From positions 32,001-96,000 of the forward strand of contig CAYLZE010000004.1 in the NCBI GenBank assembly GCA_964388035.1: a DNA stretch of 64,000 nt, in the 5' to 3' direction. Of this stretch, positions 1-10,764 are shown piece by piece; within the stretch, counting starts at the first letter, position 1; each line of letters starts with the position of its first letter. The DNA is from an uncultured archaeon (GTDB lineage: Archaea > Asgardarchaeota > Lokiarchaeia > Sigyniarchaeales > SOKP01). The translations under genes were made by a program, and so were the position numbers. Under the pieces are notes generated by a model. That model ran no database searches. It saw nothing but the letters and a program-made list of their open reading frames with translations, and was not told the DNA's origin.

Positions 1-266
1 GCTTCTTAAAAATGGAGTAAATAACATAATGTTCTAAAAAGTATTTCTTGTTATTATTTGGTCTTAAGTGAAAAAGAACTCCTAATGAGAACCCAATAAT
101 CTATTATTTATTGATTCTCTTTGTTTTTTACATAACTTTATTTAAAATTGAATGAAAAGAAGTTAATTTTGATCTATTAATCAAAAATCTTTAAATAATC
201 TAAAACCTAAATTTGAATTTAGTTGTAATTTAATCAATATTTCTGAAATAAAATAAGGTTATAAAC

Positions 267-1720
267 ATGTTGGTTACTGATAAGGAATATAATGAAATTG
301 AAGATATTCCCGAACCTTTTAAGATAAAAAAATGGAAAGATGTGTTTAAATTTCTCTTAGTCCTGGAATCATTGCCATGGGTTTAGGTCTCGGTACTGGA
401 GAAATTGTATCAGGTCCTTTTTTAATTGTAAAAAATGGACCTTCCATTTTATGGATTGCTTTGCTTTCCATTCTGCTTCAGACCGTAACCTCCATTAGTG
501 CTTCAAAATACACCATTCTTACCGGCGAACCATTTCAAATCGGAATTAATCGTTTATGGTTAAGTAATAAAGCTTGGACCGTCATTTGGATCTTGCTTGG
601 AGGCGTGTCCGTGATGTTCCCTTATTACATGGCTCTGCTAGGAATGACCTTTGTGGCAATTATTATTCAAGGTGTACCTGGACTTGCACAGCAATCTCTT
701 TGGGTTGTTTTTTCCTTAATATCCATAGGGATTACGATATTACCGTTATTTCTGGGAAAGAAAGTTATGAAAACGTTAGGATTAATGTTCTTTTTACTGC
801 ATTTTCTTATTATTATCCCTCTTTTGATCATTCTTACCATAATTTTTGTGCCATCAAATGTGATTTGGGAAGTATTTTCGGGTTATTTTAGGTTTGGTTA
901 TTTACCTGAAAATGCAGATTGGTTAGCCATGGGTGCTGTAGCTGGATTTGCAGGATTAGCTGCTTCTGCGGGAATGTCAATTTCTAACTATTACAGAGAT
1001 TCGGGATGGGGGATGTCTGAAAAGCTCGGTTATATCCCGGGCATGGTGGGTGGCAAGAAGGTAAAATTCGAAGTAAAAGGATACATGCCAAAAGTAAATG
1101 CAGAAAATAAAAAACGAGCCAAAAAGTGGTATAGGTACATTTTACTTGAACTCATTCCAATTTTTTTCGTTAGAAGTTTGGCAACGATGGTATTTCCTTG
1201 TGCATTATATTACTATTTTGTTCCGCAAGAAGCTGCAACAGAAGAAACTTTTGGATTTACCGCAGTTTTAGCCCAGAACATGACGGTCGTGTTGCCCTTT
1301 GCGTTTTGGATAATCATTTTCATGCTTTTTGTGATTTTTTGGGTTGATGGTACGGGTGTGGTTGATGGCGTGGTGCGCCAATTTGCCAACATTTTATGGA
1401 ACAGTTTTCCTAAATTGAGCGTTCGATTCAAAGGTGATATTAGAAAGTTATACTATGGTCTACTTTGTCTCTTTACAAGTATTTGGGTGCTTTTGATTCT
1501 AACGGGCACGCCCCCGGTGACCATGGTATTATATGCAGGATCCTTAGCAAATATAGGAGGGGTCATCTTTGCAATTGGTTTGCTGGCCGTAAATTATAAG
1601 TTTTTACCCAAAGAATATCGATTTTCCATGATAGAAGTAATTGTAACAATCGTTTCTATTCTATTTTTTGGATTTTTTTTAGTAAATGCACTATTAGCCA
1701 CGGTTGGAATAGTCTTTTAA
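267..1720 (+). CDS. Nramp-like (YcsG-type) membrane transporter; apparent 1-nt frameshift near 360
   Basis: ORF 377-1720 is polytopic and starts mid-motif (MGLGLGTGE). An upstream ATG at 267 reads MLVTDKEYNEIEDIPEPFKIKKWKDVFKFLL and joins as (G)PGIIAMGLGLGTGE if one base is restored in ttagtcct. Confidence 0.7.
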
Positions 1721-1889
1721 ATTTATTCTCTTTTTTTTTATTCTATTGATTCTACCTATATTTTTATCGAAAATTGTTTTTAAGGTATAAAAGTATTAAG
1801 TCTGGCGTAATAATTTATTATTTTTATTAAAACATAGATTTAAATGAATTTATCATTATTTTAAGCTTAAAATAAAAGAGGCGATTATC

Positions 1890-2762
1890 ATACAAGAAAC
1901 AATCTTAATTACGGGAGCTACAGGTAACGTTGGAGGTGAAGTGTTTCGCGAATTAGAAGATAGAGGAGCAAATGTTAGAGGTGCCGTGAGAAATTTTGAT
2001 AAGGCAGATAAATTGAAATTGAACAGGGATCATTTAGTATACTTTGATTATTCAAAACCCGAAACCTTCGAGGAAGCTTTCAGAGATATAAGTAGGGTAC
2101 TATTTATTGCACCACCTGGAGATCCGAATGCATATTCGCTCATTGTACCTGCAATAGATCATGCTATTAATGCAAAAGTAGATCAAATAGTAGTATTATC
2201 TGTATATGGTGCAGATAGAAGCGATGAAATTCCTCTAAGAAAGATAGAAAAACACGTGGAAACTTCAAGGATCCCCTACACCTTTATTCGACCGAACTTC
2301 TTTATGCAAAATTTTACTACAGGATTTCTTGCGGAGTTCCTAAAAACAGGTTCGATAATTCTTCCCGCAGGAGATGGTAAAACAAGTTTTATTGATGTGA
2401 GGGATATTGGAGAAGTCATCACAACAGTATTGACTGAAAAAGGGCACGAAAATAAAATATATAACATAACAGGTCCAGAAGCTTTAGACCACTATGAAGT
2501 TGCTTCACTTCTATCTGAATATTTGGACAAAGATATCAAATATAACCCTATTTCTGAAGATGCCATGAGAAAGGCTCTAAAAGCGCGAGGAACTCCTGAT
2601 GCCAGCATTGATTTTATGATTGGCTTGTACATACCCGTAAAAAATGGAAAGGACAAAAAGATTACGAAAGATGTTAAAAGAGTAATTGGAAGGAAACCGC
2701 GAAATTTTGAACAATTTTTAGAGGATTATACGAAAGATAAAATTCCTGCTATTGCTGCATGA
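1890..2762 (+). CDS. NmrA-like/atypical SDR NAD(P)-binding protein
   Basis: In-frame extension upstream of GTG 1941 supplies the Rossmann motif ILITGATGNVG; RPNFFMQN, FIDVRDIG and YNITGPE motifs present. Start codon probably non-canonical (ATT/ATC/ATA at 1884-1892). Confidence 0.85.
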   Translation: MQETILITGATGNVGGEVFRELEDRGANVRGAVRNFDKADKLKLNRDHLVYFDYSKPETFEEAFRDISRVLFIAPPGDPNAYSLIVPAIDHAINAKVDQIVVLSVYGADRSDEIPLRKIEKHVETSRIPYTFIRPNFFMQNFTTGFLAEFLKTGSIILPAGDGKTSFIDVRDIGEVITTVLTEKGHENKIYNITGPEALDHYEVASLLSEYLDKDIKYNPISEDAMRKALKARGTPDASIDFMIGLYIPVKNGKDKKITKDVKRVIGRKPRNFEQFLEDYTKDKIPAIAA

Positions 2763-2779
2763 TCCGACAAGATCCTTCA

Positions 2780-2800
2780 ATTTCTTTTCTTTTTTTTTTT
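2780..2800 (+). terminator. oligo-T archaeal terminator-like tract
   Basis: T-rich run just after the stop at 2762; similar tracts follow stops at 1720, 24797 and 42168. Confidence 0.5.
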
Positions 2801-3087
2801 AATTTTGTAGGCGTGAATAGTAATACTACTTTTTACATTTGCTTTAAAAGTAATTAGAATTTAATTAATACATTAGTTAGGATCCCTAATGTTTCTAACT
2901 GGTTTTTTTACGAATTCCAAAGATGAGAATGGTTCCCCCTGAGGGCATTTTTCTAAAGGAAAATTGAAGTTTATTTCAATTCAAATTGAGATACTTCAAT
3001 AATAAGAGTTCCAAACTACATATTATTTTTTTTATTAATGAAATCAAAACTTAGCCATTTAAAATTAGGTTTTTCCCAATTTTTTTA

Positions 3088-4530
3088 TTGCTTTCCATGT
3101 TTCAAGATTTTGTATGCATTATGTCTGAATCTTCTATGAAAAGTGGAATGTTAAACGTATTTAAATCCTATTTTCCAATTTATTTGTTATCTGGATTATT
3201 TTCTCTCGCATTTAGTGGTATCTATATAATAGTTGTCCCCCTTTCCGACTTATTTTGGCCTGGTGAGCCCTACCATGCCCTAGAAATGGGCATCCTCATT
3301 ACCACCATGTTTTGGATCATTTCCTTTGCAGGAATCTTCTTCGGACGGTTAATTGACCAATATAGTCGCACGAATATCTTATTTCTCATTTCAGTAATGC
3401 GGGGGAGTAGTTTCATAATGCTAAGCTTTACTGAAGTGGGACTTGGAATGGAATCTTGGTGGTATTTTTTCGTATTTGTTCTTATCATAGGTTTTTCAGC
3501 AGGAGGGAATTTTCCTACAGTCGTATCTCTTTCTCATGATTTAGTTCCTGAAAATCAAAGATCTCTATTTTTTGGAATTCATAAAATTGCGAGAACTTCC
3601 TTCCAATTGCTAGGATTTCTCTTAACAGGATTGTTAATTTTCTTAAATTTATGGCGTCTTTTTTTTAGTGGAATTGGAATCATGATTCTCATATCTGGTC
3701 TTTTGATGAAATTAAGCATAAAAGAACCAAAAAGGGGAGCCCAAAGGGAAGAATTATCGCCAGTATTAGAACAAAGTGCAGTTACTTACGATTATCAATT
3801 GGATAAGAAAATGATGATAAAAACCATGTTTACCAAAACAAATTTGGTAGCTCTCATTGAAGGAATTTTTACAAGTGTCTATATGGGAAGCTTGACCATT
3901 CTTTTTCTCCCCTACATTCAAACAGATCCCCATAATATTTCCCCTTTAGCCACGGGAATTTTCCTTGCACTCTTTGGCTTAACGGGAGGGGTGTTTATTG
4001 AATTATTTCTAGCTAGGTTATCGGATAAAGTTGCAGAGAAAAAAAGAGAAAGTCGACTATATTTGATAATTCTTTCTTTAGCCGGAGGAGCAGGCACATT
4101 TATTCTTTTGTTTTTTATTCCTCTCCCCTCCTTATCCATAGAACAAGGTAATGATGTTTTATATGTGTTTTCCTTTCCGGTGATTTGGTTAATGGGAACT
4201 GTGTACGTGTTAACATCTTCGGTATCAGCTTTATATGATATTAACCAACCGCCCATACTACAAGAGATAAATTTACCAGAAGCTCAAGGGCAAATCGTGG
4301 CATTAAATCGACTATTAGAAAGTATAGGATTTGGTTCTGGCCCTTTAATCGCAGGATTATTGATTTTACTCACGGGAGAAAATTATCAATTTGTTGCATT
4401 AATGATAGGGTTATTCTCCATTCCAGGAACTATATTGTGGATCTTAGGTTTCAAATGGTACCACAAGGATCGAAATTCTATAAATAGAATTCTCATGGAA
4501 AGAGCAGAAACGCTTGAAAAGGAAAAATAA
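3088..4530 (+). CDS. MFS transporter
   Basis: About 12 TM segments, motif A GRLIDQYSR and second-half ARLSDK; real start may be a downstream ATG (3121-3148). Confidence 0.85.
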   Translation: MLSMFQDFVCIMSESSMKSGMLNVFKSYFPIYLLSGLFSLAFSGIYIIVVPLSDLFWPGEPYHALEMGILITTMFWIISFAGIFFGRLIDQYSRTNILFLISVMRGSSFIMLSFTEVGLGMESWWYFFVFVLIIGFSAGGNFPTVVSLSHDLVPENQRSLFFGIHKIARTSFQLLGFLLTGLLIFLNLWRLFFSGIGIMILISGLLMKLSIKEPKRGAQREELSPVLEQSAVTYDYQLDKKMMIKTMFTKTNLVALIEGIFTSVYMGSLTILFLPYIQTDPHNISPLATGIFLALFGLTGGVFIELFLARLSDKVAEKKRESRLYLIILSLAGGAGTFILLFFIPLPSLSIEQGNDVLYVFSFPVIWLMGTVYVLTSSVSALYDINQPPILQEINLPEAQGQIVALNRLLESIGFGSGPLIAGLLILLTGENYQFVALMIGLFSIPGTILWILGFKWYHKDRNSINRILMERAETLEKEK

Positions 4531-4550
4531 AATTAGAAATAAATTCGTAT

Positions 4551-5696
4551 TTAACTATTATAAGATCCGACGATTTTAGATATCATTTCAACCTTCTGAA
4601 TATCTCCATTAGGACTTAATTCATCTGAAATTCCTAAAATCAAGTTGGGAGAAAATAAATCCAATACTTTTCGAGCAAATTTAGCCACGTATTCATAACT
4701 ATATTCGGGCAAAAATAAAATAGAGGGGATACCGTCTAATAACACTTTATCTCCTATTGCTTCTTTTATTTCTTCTAAAGAAACATCCCCTTGAGGTTCT
4801 GGTGTCAGAGCTTCATATCCATCAAATTGTAAATCTGAAAGAAAGGATAATAATTTCTTGCATGATCCATCGATATGAATATGGCAATATTTTCCTGCCT
4901 TTTTTAATTGATTAATCCTTTTTTCATAATAGGGAATTAGATATTTTTTAAAATATGGAGGACTACTCAAGTTTGCATCAATATTTTCCCCAAAATTAAC
5001 AATCTGAAGCGGAGATTTCGTGACTGCTTCATACATGGCATCATCCTTGTTTTCTAGATACTGCATAAATTCTAACGTCTCTTGCGGATAACGTTTGAGG
5101 AAAAGAATGGTTCTTGTAAAACCCATATATTCCAGAACCAATTTTTGATAAGGAGAATGTGATAGATAGGTACTCACAACTCCTAGATTTCCAAATAACT
5201 TTTCTGCTTCTAGAAAATTATTCTCTACGAAGCTAATTTTAGTATTTTCCAAGATATATTTCATTATTTTCATATCATCTATTGACTTGATAGGATATTC
5301 TGTGGGATGCGCTCCCAAACCTCCTCCAATTGAATTAGTTTCGGTTAAAATTCCTAATGGTGTAATATATTTCTTAGTGTATTCATCTTTTTTTTTCCCT
5401 TTCATTGATTTGATTTCAATCTTTGAATCAGGGTCTATTTTTCTTTCTAACAAGTCAAAATAGACCGTTTCTTCACTATATCGTGGGCTGCAATTTAAAA
5501 GACGGTATATTTCTATTTGTGACTTTTTAAAATATTTTTCCGGAATATTCTTATTATTCCTTCGATTGTATTTTTTGTATAGTCGATTTCCCAAATACCA
5601 ATAATAAATTCGTGGGCTGAATGGGATTCGCCCTTTTAATTTTCCAGAAAATGTGTTTAAAATATCGCTTTTAAAATCTAGGTTAGCGATTTTCAA
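4551..5696 (-). CDS. Uroporphyrinogen decarboxylase-family (MtaA/CmuA-like) protein
   Basis: YITPLGILTE, YPIKSIDD, FGENIDANL, HIHIDG, LLDGIPS and ILGISDEL motifs of URO-D/methyltransferase TIM barrels. Confidence 0.75.
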   Translation of the reverse strand: MKIANLDFKSDILNTFSGKLKGRIPFSPRIYYWYLGNRLYKKYNRRNNKNIPEKYFKKSQIEIYRLLNCSPRYSEETVYFDLLERKIDPDSKIEIKSMKGKKKDEYTKKYITPLGILTETNSIGGGLGAHPTEYPIKSIDDMKIMKYILENTKISFVENNFLEAEKLFGNLGVVSTYLSHSPYQKLVLEYMGFTRTILFLKRYPQETLEFMQYLENKDDAMYEAVTKSPLQIVNFGENIDANLSSPPYFKKYLIPYYEKRINQLKKAGKYCHIHIDGSCKKLLSFLSDLQFDGYEALTPEPQGDVSLEEIKEAIGDKVLLDGIPSILFLPEYSYEYVAKFARKVLDLFSPNLILGISDELSPNGDIQKVEMISKIVGSYNS

Positions 5697-6916
5697 TCAC
5701 CCCAATTTTTTATTAAATAAATAATTAAAGCAATTCCTAACAAGTTTAACACGAATACTAAGATGTAAAGAACCAGAATTCCAATAAGGACGTAAAAGAT
5801 GCCCACCATCGCATATCCGAAAAATCTTAGACTATTAATGATCGCAGAATTTGTTCCACTGGCTTCTTGACTGATGTCCATGGCTTGTTTAAATAAAGCG
5901 GGCCAAATGAAACTAGACCCAACATATATGATTCCAGATAATAATATATAATGATAAAGGGATGTTCCATACGGCAAGAATAGAATAGATAGCATCATTA
6001 CAAATCCCACGATCATAATTTTCAAGGGAGCGACTCTTTTCAATAAATTTCCAATGATAGGAGATAAAACTATGGAGATAAACCCATTTACCATTAAGAT
6101 AAGTGTGACGGAACTAATAACTTCCTGAACGGTGAGTGCCGGAATTGAGATTGCAATTTGTTCTGTTATGGTGTTGGTTAAGGAAATGATGCTAAAAAAA
6201 GTAAAAAAACCTGCAAGACCTAAAATAAGGATATTCTTATTAAGATTGTCGCTTAATTGACGCATCGATGCACGAAATGCGTGTAATATTTTATTTTCAT
6301 TACCGGATTTTTTTTCAGAAAGAATGGGAGTGCAAATATTAAACTCACACTCTTTTGTCGCGATTAAAAAGAAAATTAACGCCACTACCGTTACAATAGG
6401 ATTAAAAATGAAAATTAATCTCCACTCTCCGATGAGATTTGCGAAAAAACCAGAAAGTAGGGCACCAAAACTTACTCCAATTCCCGCTGATGAATTATAT
6501 AACCCCATTATGAATCCCTTCTTCGGTTCAGGGGTAATGATATTAAGTATTGCTAAAACCGTTGGATTAATCATGGCGAAGCCAATTCCTTGAAGTAAAA
6601 ATCCAATTATAAACAATGAGAAGTTAGTAATATATACTGCGCTTAAAGATAACAATAGACCAATTAGAAAGCAAATAAATCCCGTGTTCACTACTTTCTT
6701 TTTATTAATGATATCTGAAATCGTTCCCGCAAATAATTGTAATATGGCAAAAGGAATGATGTAAAAAGTAATAACAAGTGCCACGAGGGACACTTCGCTA
6801 AGAAGAAAATTAGCTTTGAGCACATCAAAAATAGGCACCAGTGCATTGGTAGTTAAAGGACCCAAAATGGTGGAAAATAATATAAGATAATACTTCCTTT
6901 CGAATTCTTCTGCCAT
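5693..6916 (-). CDS. MFS transporter
   Basis: About 12 TM segments, GTISDIINKK motif A variant; 4-nt overlap with the downstream gene. Confidence 0.85.
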   Translation of the reverse strand: MAEEFERKYYLILFSTILGPLTTNALVPIFDVLKANFLLSEVSLVALVITFYIIPFAILQLFAGTISDIINKKKVVNTGFICFLIGLLLSLSAVYITNFSLFIIGFLLQGIGFAMINPTVLAILNIITPEPKKGFIMGLYNSSAGIGVSFGALLSGFFANLIGEWRLIFIFNPIVTVVALIFFLIATKECEFNICTPILSEKKSGNENKILHAFRASMRQLSDNLNKNILILGLAGFFTFFSIISLTNTITEQIAISIPALTVQEVISSVTLILMVNGFISIVLSPIIGNLLKRVAPLKIMIVGFVMMLSILFLPYGTSLYHYILLSGIIYVGSSFIWPALFKQAMDISQEASGTNSAIINSLRFFGYAMVGIFYVLIGILVLYILVFVLNLLGIALIIYLIKNWGD

Positions 6917-7062
6917 AGATTATATGAGGACAGATTCTACTTAATTTTTATTATCATGAATTATTCGTGTTCTAAAACGATGGTAAACCTACGCATGGAG
7001 GAAAAGTTAGTTTACCTTTTTATGAACAATAAAGAAAGGAAAGGAATATTTAAAAAAATCTT

Positions 7063-7368
7063 TTAAATTTTCAAGGTTCTTAGTTTTCGAGAAAGATCTT
7101 TACGTTTCATTATCTTGAGAAAATCATCTTCCATGTGCTCTAATTTATGGAGATATGCATCTAATTTATCAAAATTATTGAAAAATCTATTTTCTCCATT
7201 TGCTACAATTAATACGCCTTTTTTATCCGGTGTATTATTAATAATGGCGTAAATTCCTCCGATTCCCGAACTATGTTTCATGTAAACTTTTTGTGAATTT
7301 GGGTCTTTTTCATTCCCTTTTTTTGCCCAAAAATTATTCTTCAATAAATAACTCCTGTACATGCTCAT
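7063..7368 (-). CDS. Hypothetical protein (101 aa)
   Basis: Stand-alone ORF with ATG and plausible composition; no recognisable motif. Confidence 0.6.
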   Translation of the reverse strand: MSMYRSYLLKNNFWAKKGNEKDPNSQKVYMKHSSGIGGIYAIINNTPDKKGVLIVANGENRFFNNFDKLDAYLHKLEHMEDDFLKIMKRKDLSRKLRTLKI

Positions 7369-7408
7369 TTTCCAACACGACCATTTTTTAATTCAAATGT
7401 ATTTTGCT

Positions 7409-7695
7409 CGGGGTACCATGGTATAGCTTTTATGTACCCCGTAATAAGATCTATGTAATATGATCAATTGTTCCGTTATAGAACCATGTAATACTTGGAT
7501 CATATCATGCTCCCATGATATTCGATCCTTTATAGCATGTCTCTAACTATTTGATAACAAACGACCTTATCAAGATCATATATCTTCAAGGTCCTTTATA
7601 AATAACCAAGTAAAATCAATTGTACTATCTACTTTAATGGCAATTGCTGGGGTCAATTTCGATTGCAATTTTTTCCTTTCTCCCAGGGGGAAAAA
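7409..7695 (-). ncRNA. Candidate structured RNA (cluster of hairpins); strand uncertain
   Basis: Stems CGGGGTAC/GTACCCCG (7409-7441), GGATC-ATATCATG/CATGATAT-GATCC (within 7485-7539), GACCTT/AAGGTC in a long hairpin (7543-7609), plus smaller stems; no long ORF. Confidence 0.4.
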
Positions 7696-7840
7696 TATCT
7701 TCAAAAACCTCCTTTATTTTAAATATCTTTAATAAATGAAATTAATTTTAAGAATAATAACTAAAAAAGGTTTGAATTTATCAATAAACTTTAAATATTT
7801 AATATCTTGAGTAAAAAGGATTAAGAAAATAACTAATTAA

Positions 7841-8362
7841 TCAAAATTCTTTAGCAAAATCCCATACATCATCTTTTGAAATGGTATGTAAATTTTTAAT
7901 TACTTTACCTGAATCCATTTCTTGCATTTTTTTTGCGTCATAAATAGCTCTCCCTACTGCTAACGGTCTCCTGTGTTCAATATCGACAATTTGTACAATA
8001 TCCCCTTCTTTAATAGCGGGATCAATCTCGACGATTCCCGGTCTCATAATGTCTGCTTTATTTAAAGTCACGAATTTTACTGCTCCCATATCTACAACCA
8101 CGGTCTTTAATGCAATTCTCTTATCTAACAATAATGTAAGAACGGGAATGTATCCTTGAGTCGATTTCCATAGTACCAATTCTTCATTAACCGCATAGAG
8201 CGTGTCCCCCGCTTCAGTAAGAATAAGTTCTATTTTTGCTTTTCTCGGAAAGACACTAGCTAAAAATTGCTCATTATACTGCTTCAGAACGTCTTGCTTA
8301 AGCTGTTTGATCTCTGATTTAGATATGAAGTGTCTTTGCTTAATATTATTTTTAATATCCAT
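7841..8362 (-). CDS. DUF1947 + PUA domain RNA-binding protein (MCT-1/Tma20-like)
   Basis: VVVDMGAVKFV, ADIMRPGIV, LAVGRA and GKVIKNLH PUA motifs. Confidence 0.9.
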   Translation of the reverse strand: MDIKNNIKQRHFISKSEIKQLKQDVLKQYNEQFLASVFPRKAKIELILTEAGDTLYAVNEELVLWKSTQGYIPVLTLLLDKRIALKTVVVDMGAVKFVTLNKADIMRPGIVEIDPAIKEGDIVQIVDIEHRRPLAVGRAIYDAKKMQEMDSGKVIKNLHTISKDDVWDFAKEF

Positions 8363-8467
8363 AAAAATCCTTCAATAATAGATAGAATGGAGATCATTTA
8401 AAAACCTTACTCCCATGGAAAAGAAGAATTAAGAATTAGATTTTTTTGAAAAATTATGTGAATTTTT

Positions 8468-8656
8468 TTATTGAGATAAATACAAATTTAACTGGGACAA
8501 TTCCTTATTCATTTGTTCTTTAATCGAGGTAAGGTCATAATTTGTGATTACAATATTAACAGAATTAGCTTGAATGGAACTAACATTATCTGAAACATTC
8601 CTTATAATATCCAAAAACTCATAATAATCCATGCTTTTTTTTTCTGCTTTACTCAT
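8468..8656 (-). CDS. Small hypothetical protein
   Basis: ORF track start 8677; ATG at 8656 has a GGAGATGGT SD-like element upstream. Confidence 0.5.
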   Translation of the reverse strand: MSKAEKKSMDYYEFLDIIRNVSDNVSSIQANSVNIVITNYDLTSIKEQMNKELSQLNLYLSQ

Positions 8657-8967
8657 GTTTTTTACCATCTCCTTCAAGATAATTTTTTATTCTCTATTAT
8701 TAAACCAAACTAAATCCTAATTAAAATATCTGGGAACCAATTTTTATAAAATTTCTATTAAATCAAAATAAATTTTTGTTATTGCTTAGCATGAAGAAAG
8801 AGGTATCAATACCTCTAATGTTAATTTAATTAAAAGATTTGATTAAGGATTTGATTTTAAGAAAGTTGAATTATCTATAATGAATAGATTCATTAACCAA
8901 AAGAACATTCCCAATATCAAGCGCATTCAAGAAAAAATATAAAAAAAAAGGAATTTCCTCGTACTTT

Positions 8968-9892
8968 TTATAAAGTCGAGAAAATTCCAACTATAATTAA
9001 AATATCTGTCCCAGCATGAAAAAGTATGGCACCAATGAGACTATCTGTTTTTTGTATGAAAATGCCATATAAAAGCCCCCAATAAAAATGTGATTATTAG
9101 AAATAAAACGTCTTCTGATGTATACTCTACTCCAAAATGCATCAAGGAATAAATTAAAGCCGTTAGTAATATGGAACCATATATTCCAACATGAGTCTTA
9201 AATTCCTTGAAATAAAGACCTCTGTATAAAATCTCTTCTAGTAAACCGTTAGAAAGAACAAACATCAAAATCCAAGGAAGCCATAATAAAACCTTTTCCC
9301 AAGTTAATTTTGTTCCATAAAATAAGAGCTCAGCACCAATTATAGAAAAGAGAAAGAAACAAATGAAACCTGTTAATCCGATAAGTAAGCCTAGTTTTAA
9401 ATTTCCTTTTTTTAGGTAAATTGATTCCAAATTTCTCCCTGATACTAAGATTAAAATGATAATAGGGACAACCATAATAAGAGACTCTAATAATTTACTA
9501 AGTGCAAAGCCCTCAATTGTGGTTGGTAAAGAGAAGAAACGAAAAGCTAACCAAACTAGGAAAAAAGAGAATGATCCAATGAAAAACGTGAACATGACCC
9601 TCCAGTATTTATTGTATCGTTCATGGTGATACAACAATGCAGTAATTATTAGAAAAACGAAGGGAATACTTATTTTATATATCACCTTACTGGTTTCGGG
9701 AAGTTTAATATCGCCCCATTGAAAAGGTCCTACAGCTATTAGGCCACAAATTAAAAAGATAATTGATAATCCAACGAGAGAAATCGGTACCTTATGGATT
9801 GGCTCTTCAGTCGCGCCTTCACTATGATATTGGCTTAGAAGTGCCGATTCATTGCTTTCTTCTTCTTTATTATTTTTTTTATTCATGATCAT
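8968..9892 (-). CDS. CPBP (CAAX/Abi) intramembrane metalloprotease; apparent +1 frameshift at 9076-9080
   Basis: EEILYRG and YSLMH motifs; removing one G from a G5 run gives the missing motif 4 (LYGIFIQKTDSLIGAILFHAGTD) ending at TAA 8968. Confidence 0.8.
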
Positions 9893-10411
9893 AGCCTCTT
9901 CGATTTTACTAAATAAATACTAAGATTAAGTATTTTTTTATGGGAAATATAATTTGCGAATCATGGTTTTTTTCAATCATGAGGTATTAAAATATGCTTA
10001 TTGAATTATCTTGGCTTTAAATTATTGTTTTTGTGATTTTTAAGTCATAACTTTCCATTTTCTAATCCATACATTCTCCTAAAAAAATATTTTTTGAAAA
10101 AAACTACAAGCTGGAATATCATTTGTTTTTTTAACAGTATAATATATAGATAAATATCGCTGCACGCGAAATGAGTATTTCACGTCCTATTTTTCATTTT
10201 CCCATAAAAATGATTCTTAAAAAGTGAATTAGCAAGGTACTCTCTCTTCATCTTTTAATTGTCTGTAATCAAAAAAGTATAATAATAACTCTATATTGTT
10301 AATAATCGTTACTTATTTTCACTATAATCCTTATAAGTCACATCATTTCCCAAATATATCTCAATAAATTAGGTGATCCTAATATTTAAATGTAATCAAG
10401 AATATACATTG

Positions 10412-10460
10412 ATTGATCATATTTATATGATTAATATGAATTACATGAAAAAAATGAAGA
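10412..10460 (+). promoter_or_regulatory. Putative operator: inverted repeat plus 4x ATGA at 9-bp period
   Basis: ATTGATCATAT-tt-ATATGATTAAT (10412-10435); ATGA at 10427, 10436, 10445 and 10454, directly before the AbrB gene. Confidence 0.55.
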
Positions 10461-10463
10461 TAT

Positions 10464-10760
10464 ATGAATAACAATAATTTCAATGAAAAAATAAAAAAAA
10501 AGAGTTCCAAGAAGCCTCCTAAAGGAAAGTATTTTTTCGGGTCGGTAAAAGTAGGAGAAAGGGGACAAATTGTAATTCCTATTAGAGCACGGAAGATATT
10601 TGAAATTAATCCGGGCGATCAGCTTCTGGTTCTTGGAGAAAAAAGAAAAGGATTAGGATTAATCAAAGCATCACGCTTAACGAGATGGTTGAGCAAGATG
10701 ATGCCGGATTTTGATTTGGAAGAAAATGATTCAGAATCTGATTTAAAAGAGGTGTCTTAA
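10464..10760 (+). CDS. AbrB/MazE/SpoVT-family DNA-binding protein
   Basis: FFGSVKVGERGQIVIPIRARKIFEINPGDQL swapped-hairpin signature. Confidence 0.92.
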   Translation: MNNNNFNEKIKKKSSKKPPKGKYFFGSVKVGERGQIVIPIRARKIFEINPGDQLLVLGEKRKGLGLIKASRLTRWLSKMMPDFDLEENDSESDLKEVS

Positions 10761-10764
10761 AGAA

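Noticed and set aside
7576-7704. 42-codon minus-strand ORF (TTG) behind GGAGGT, and a SECIS/selenoprotein reading of the adjacent hairpins
   Set aside because: SD-to-start spacing is only 2 nt and the peptide is unrecognisable. The TGA is followed within three codons by TGA and TAA, and the hairpins lack a canonical AUGA/GA SECIS core.
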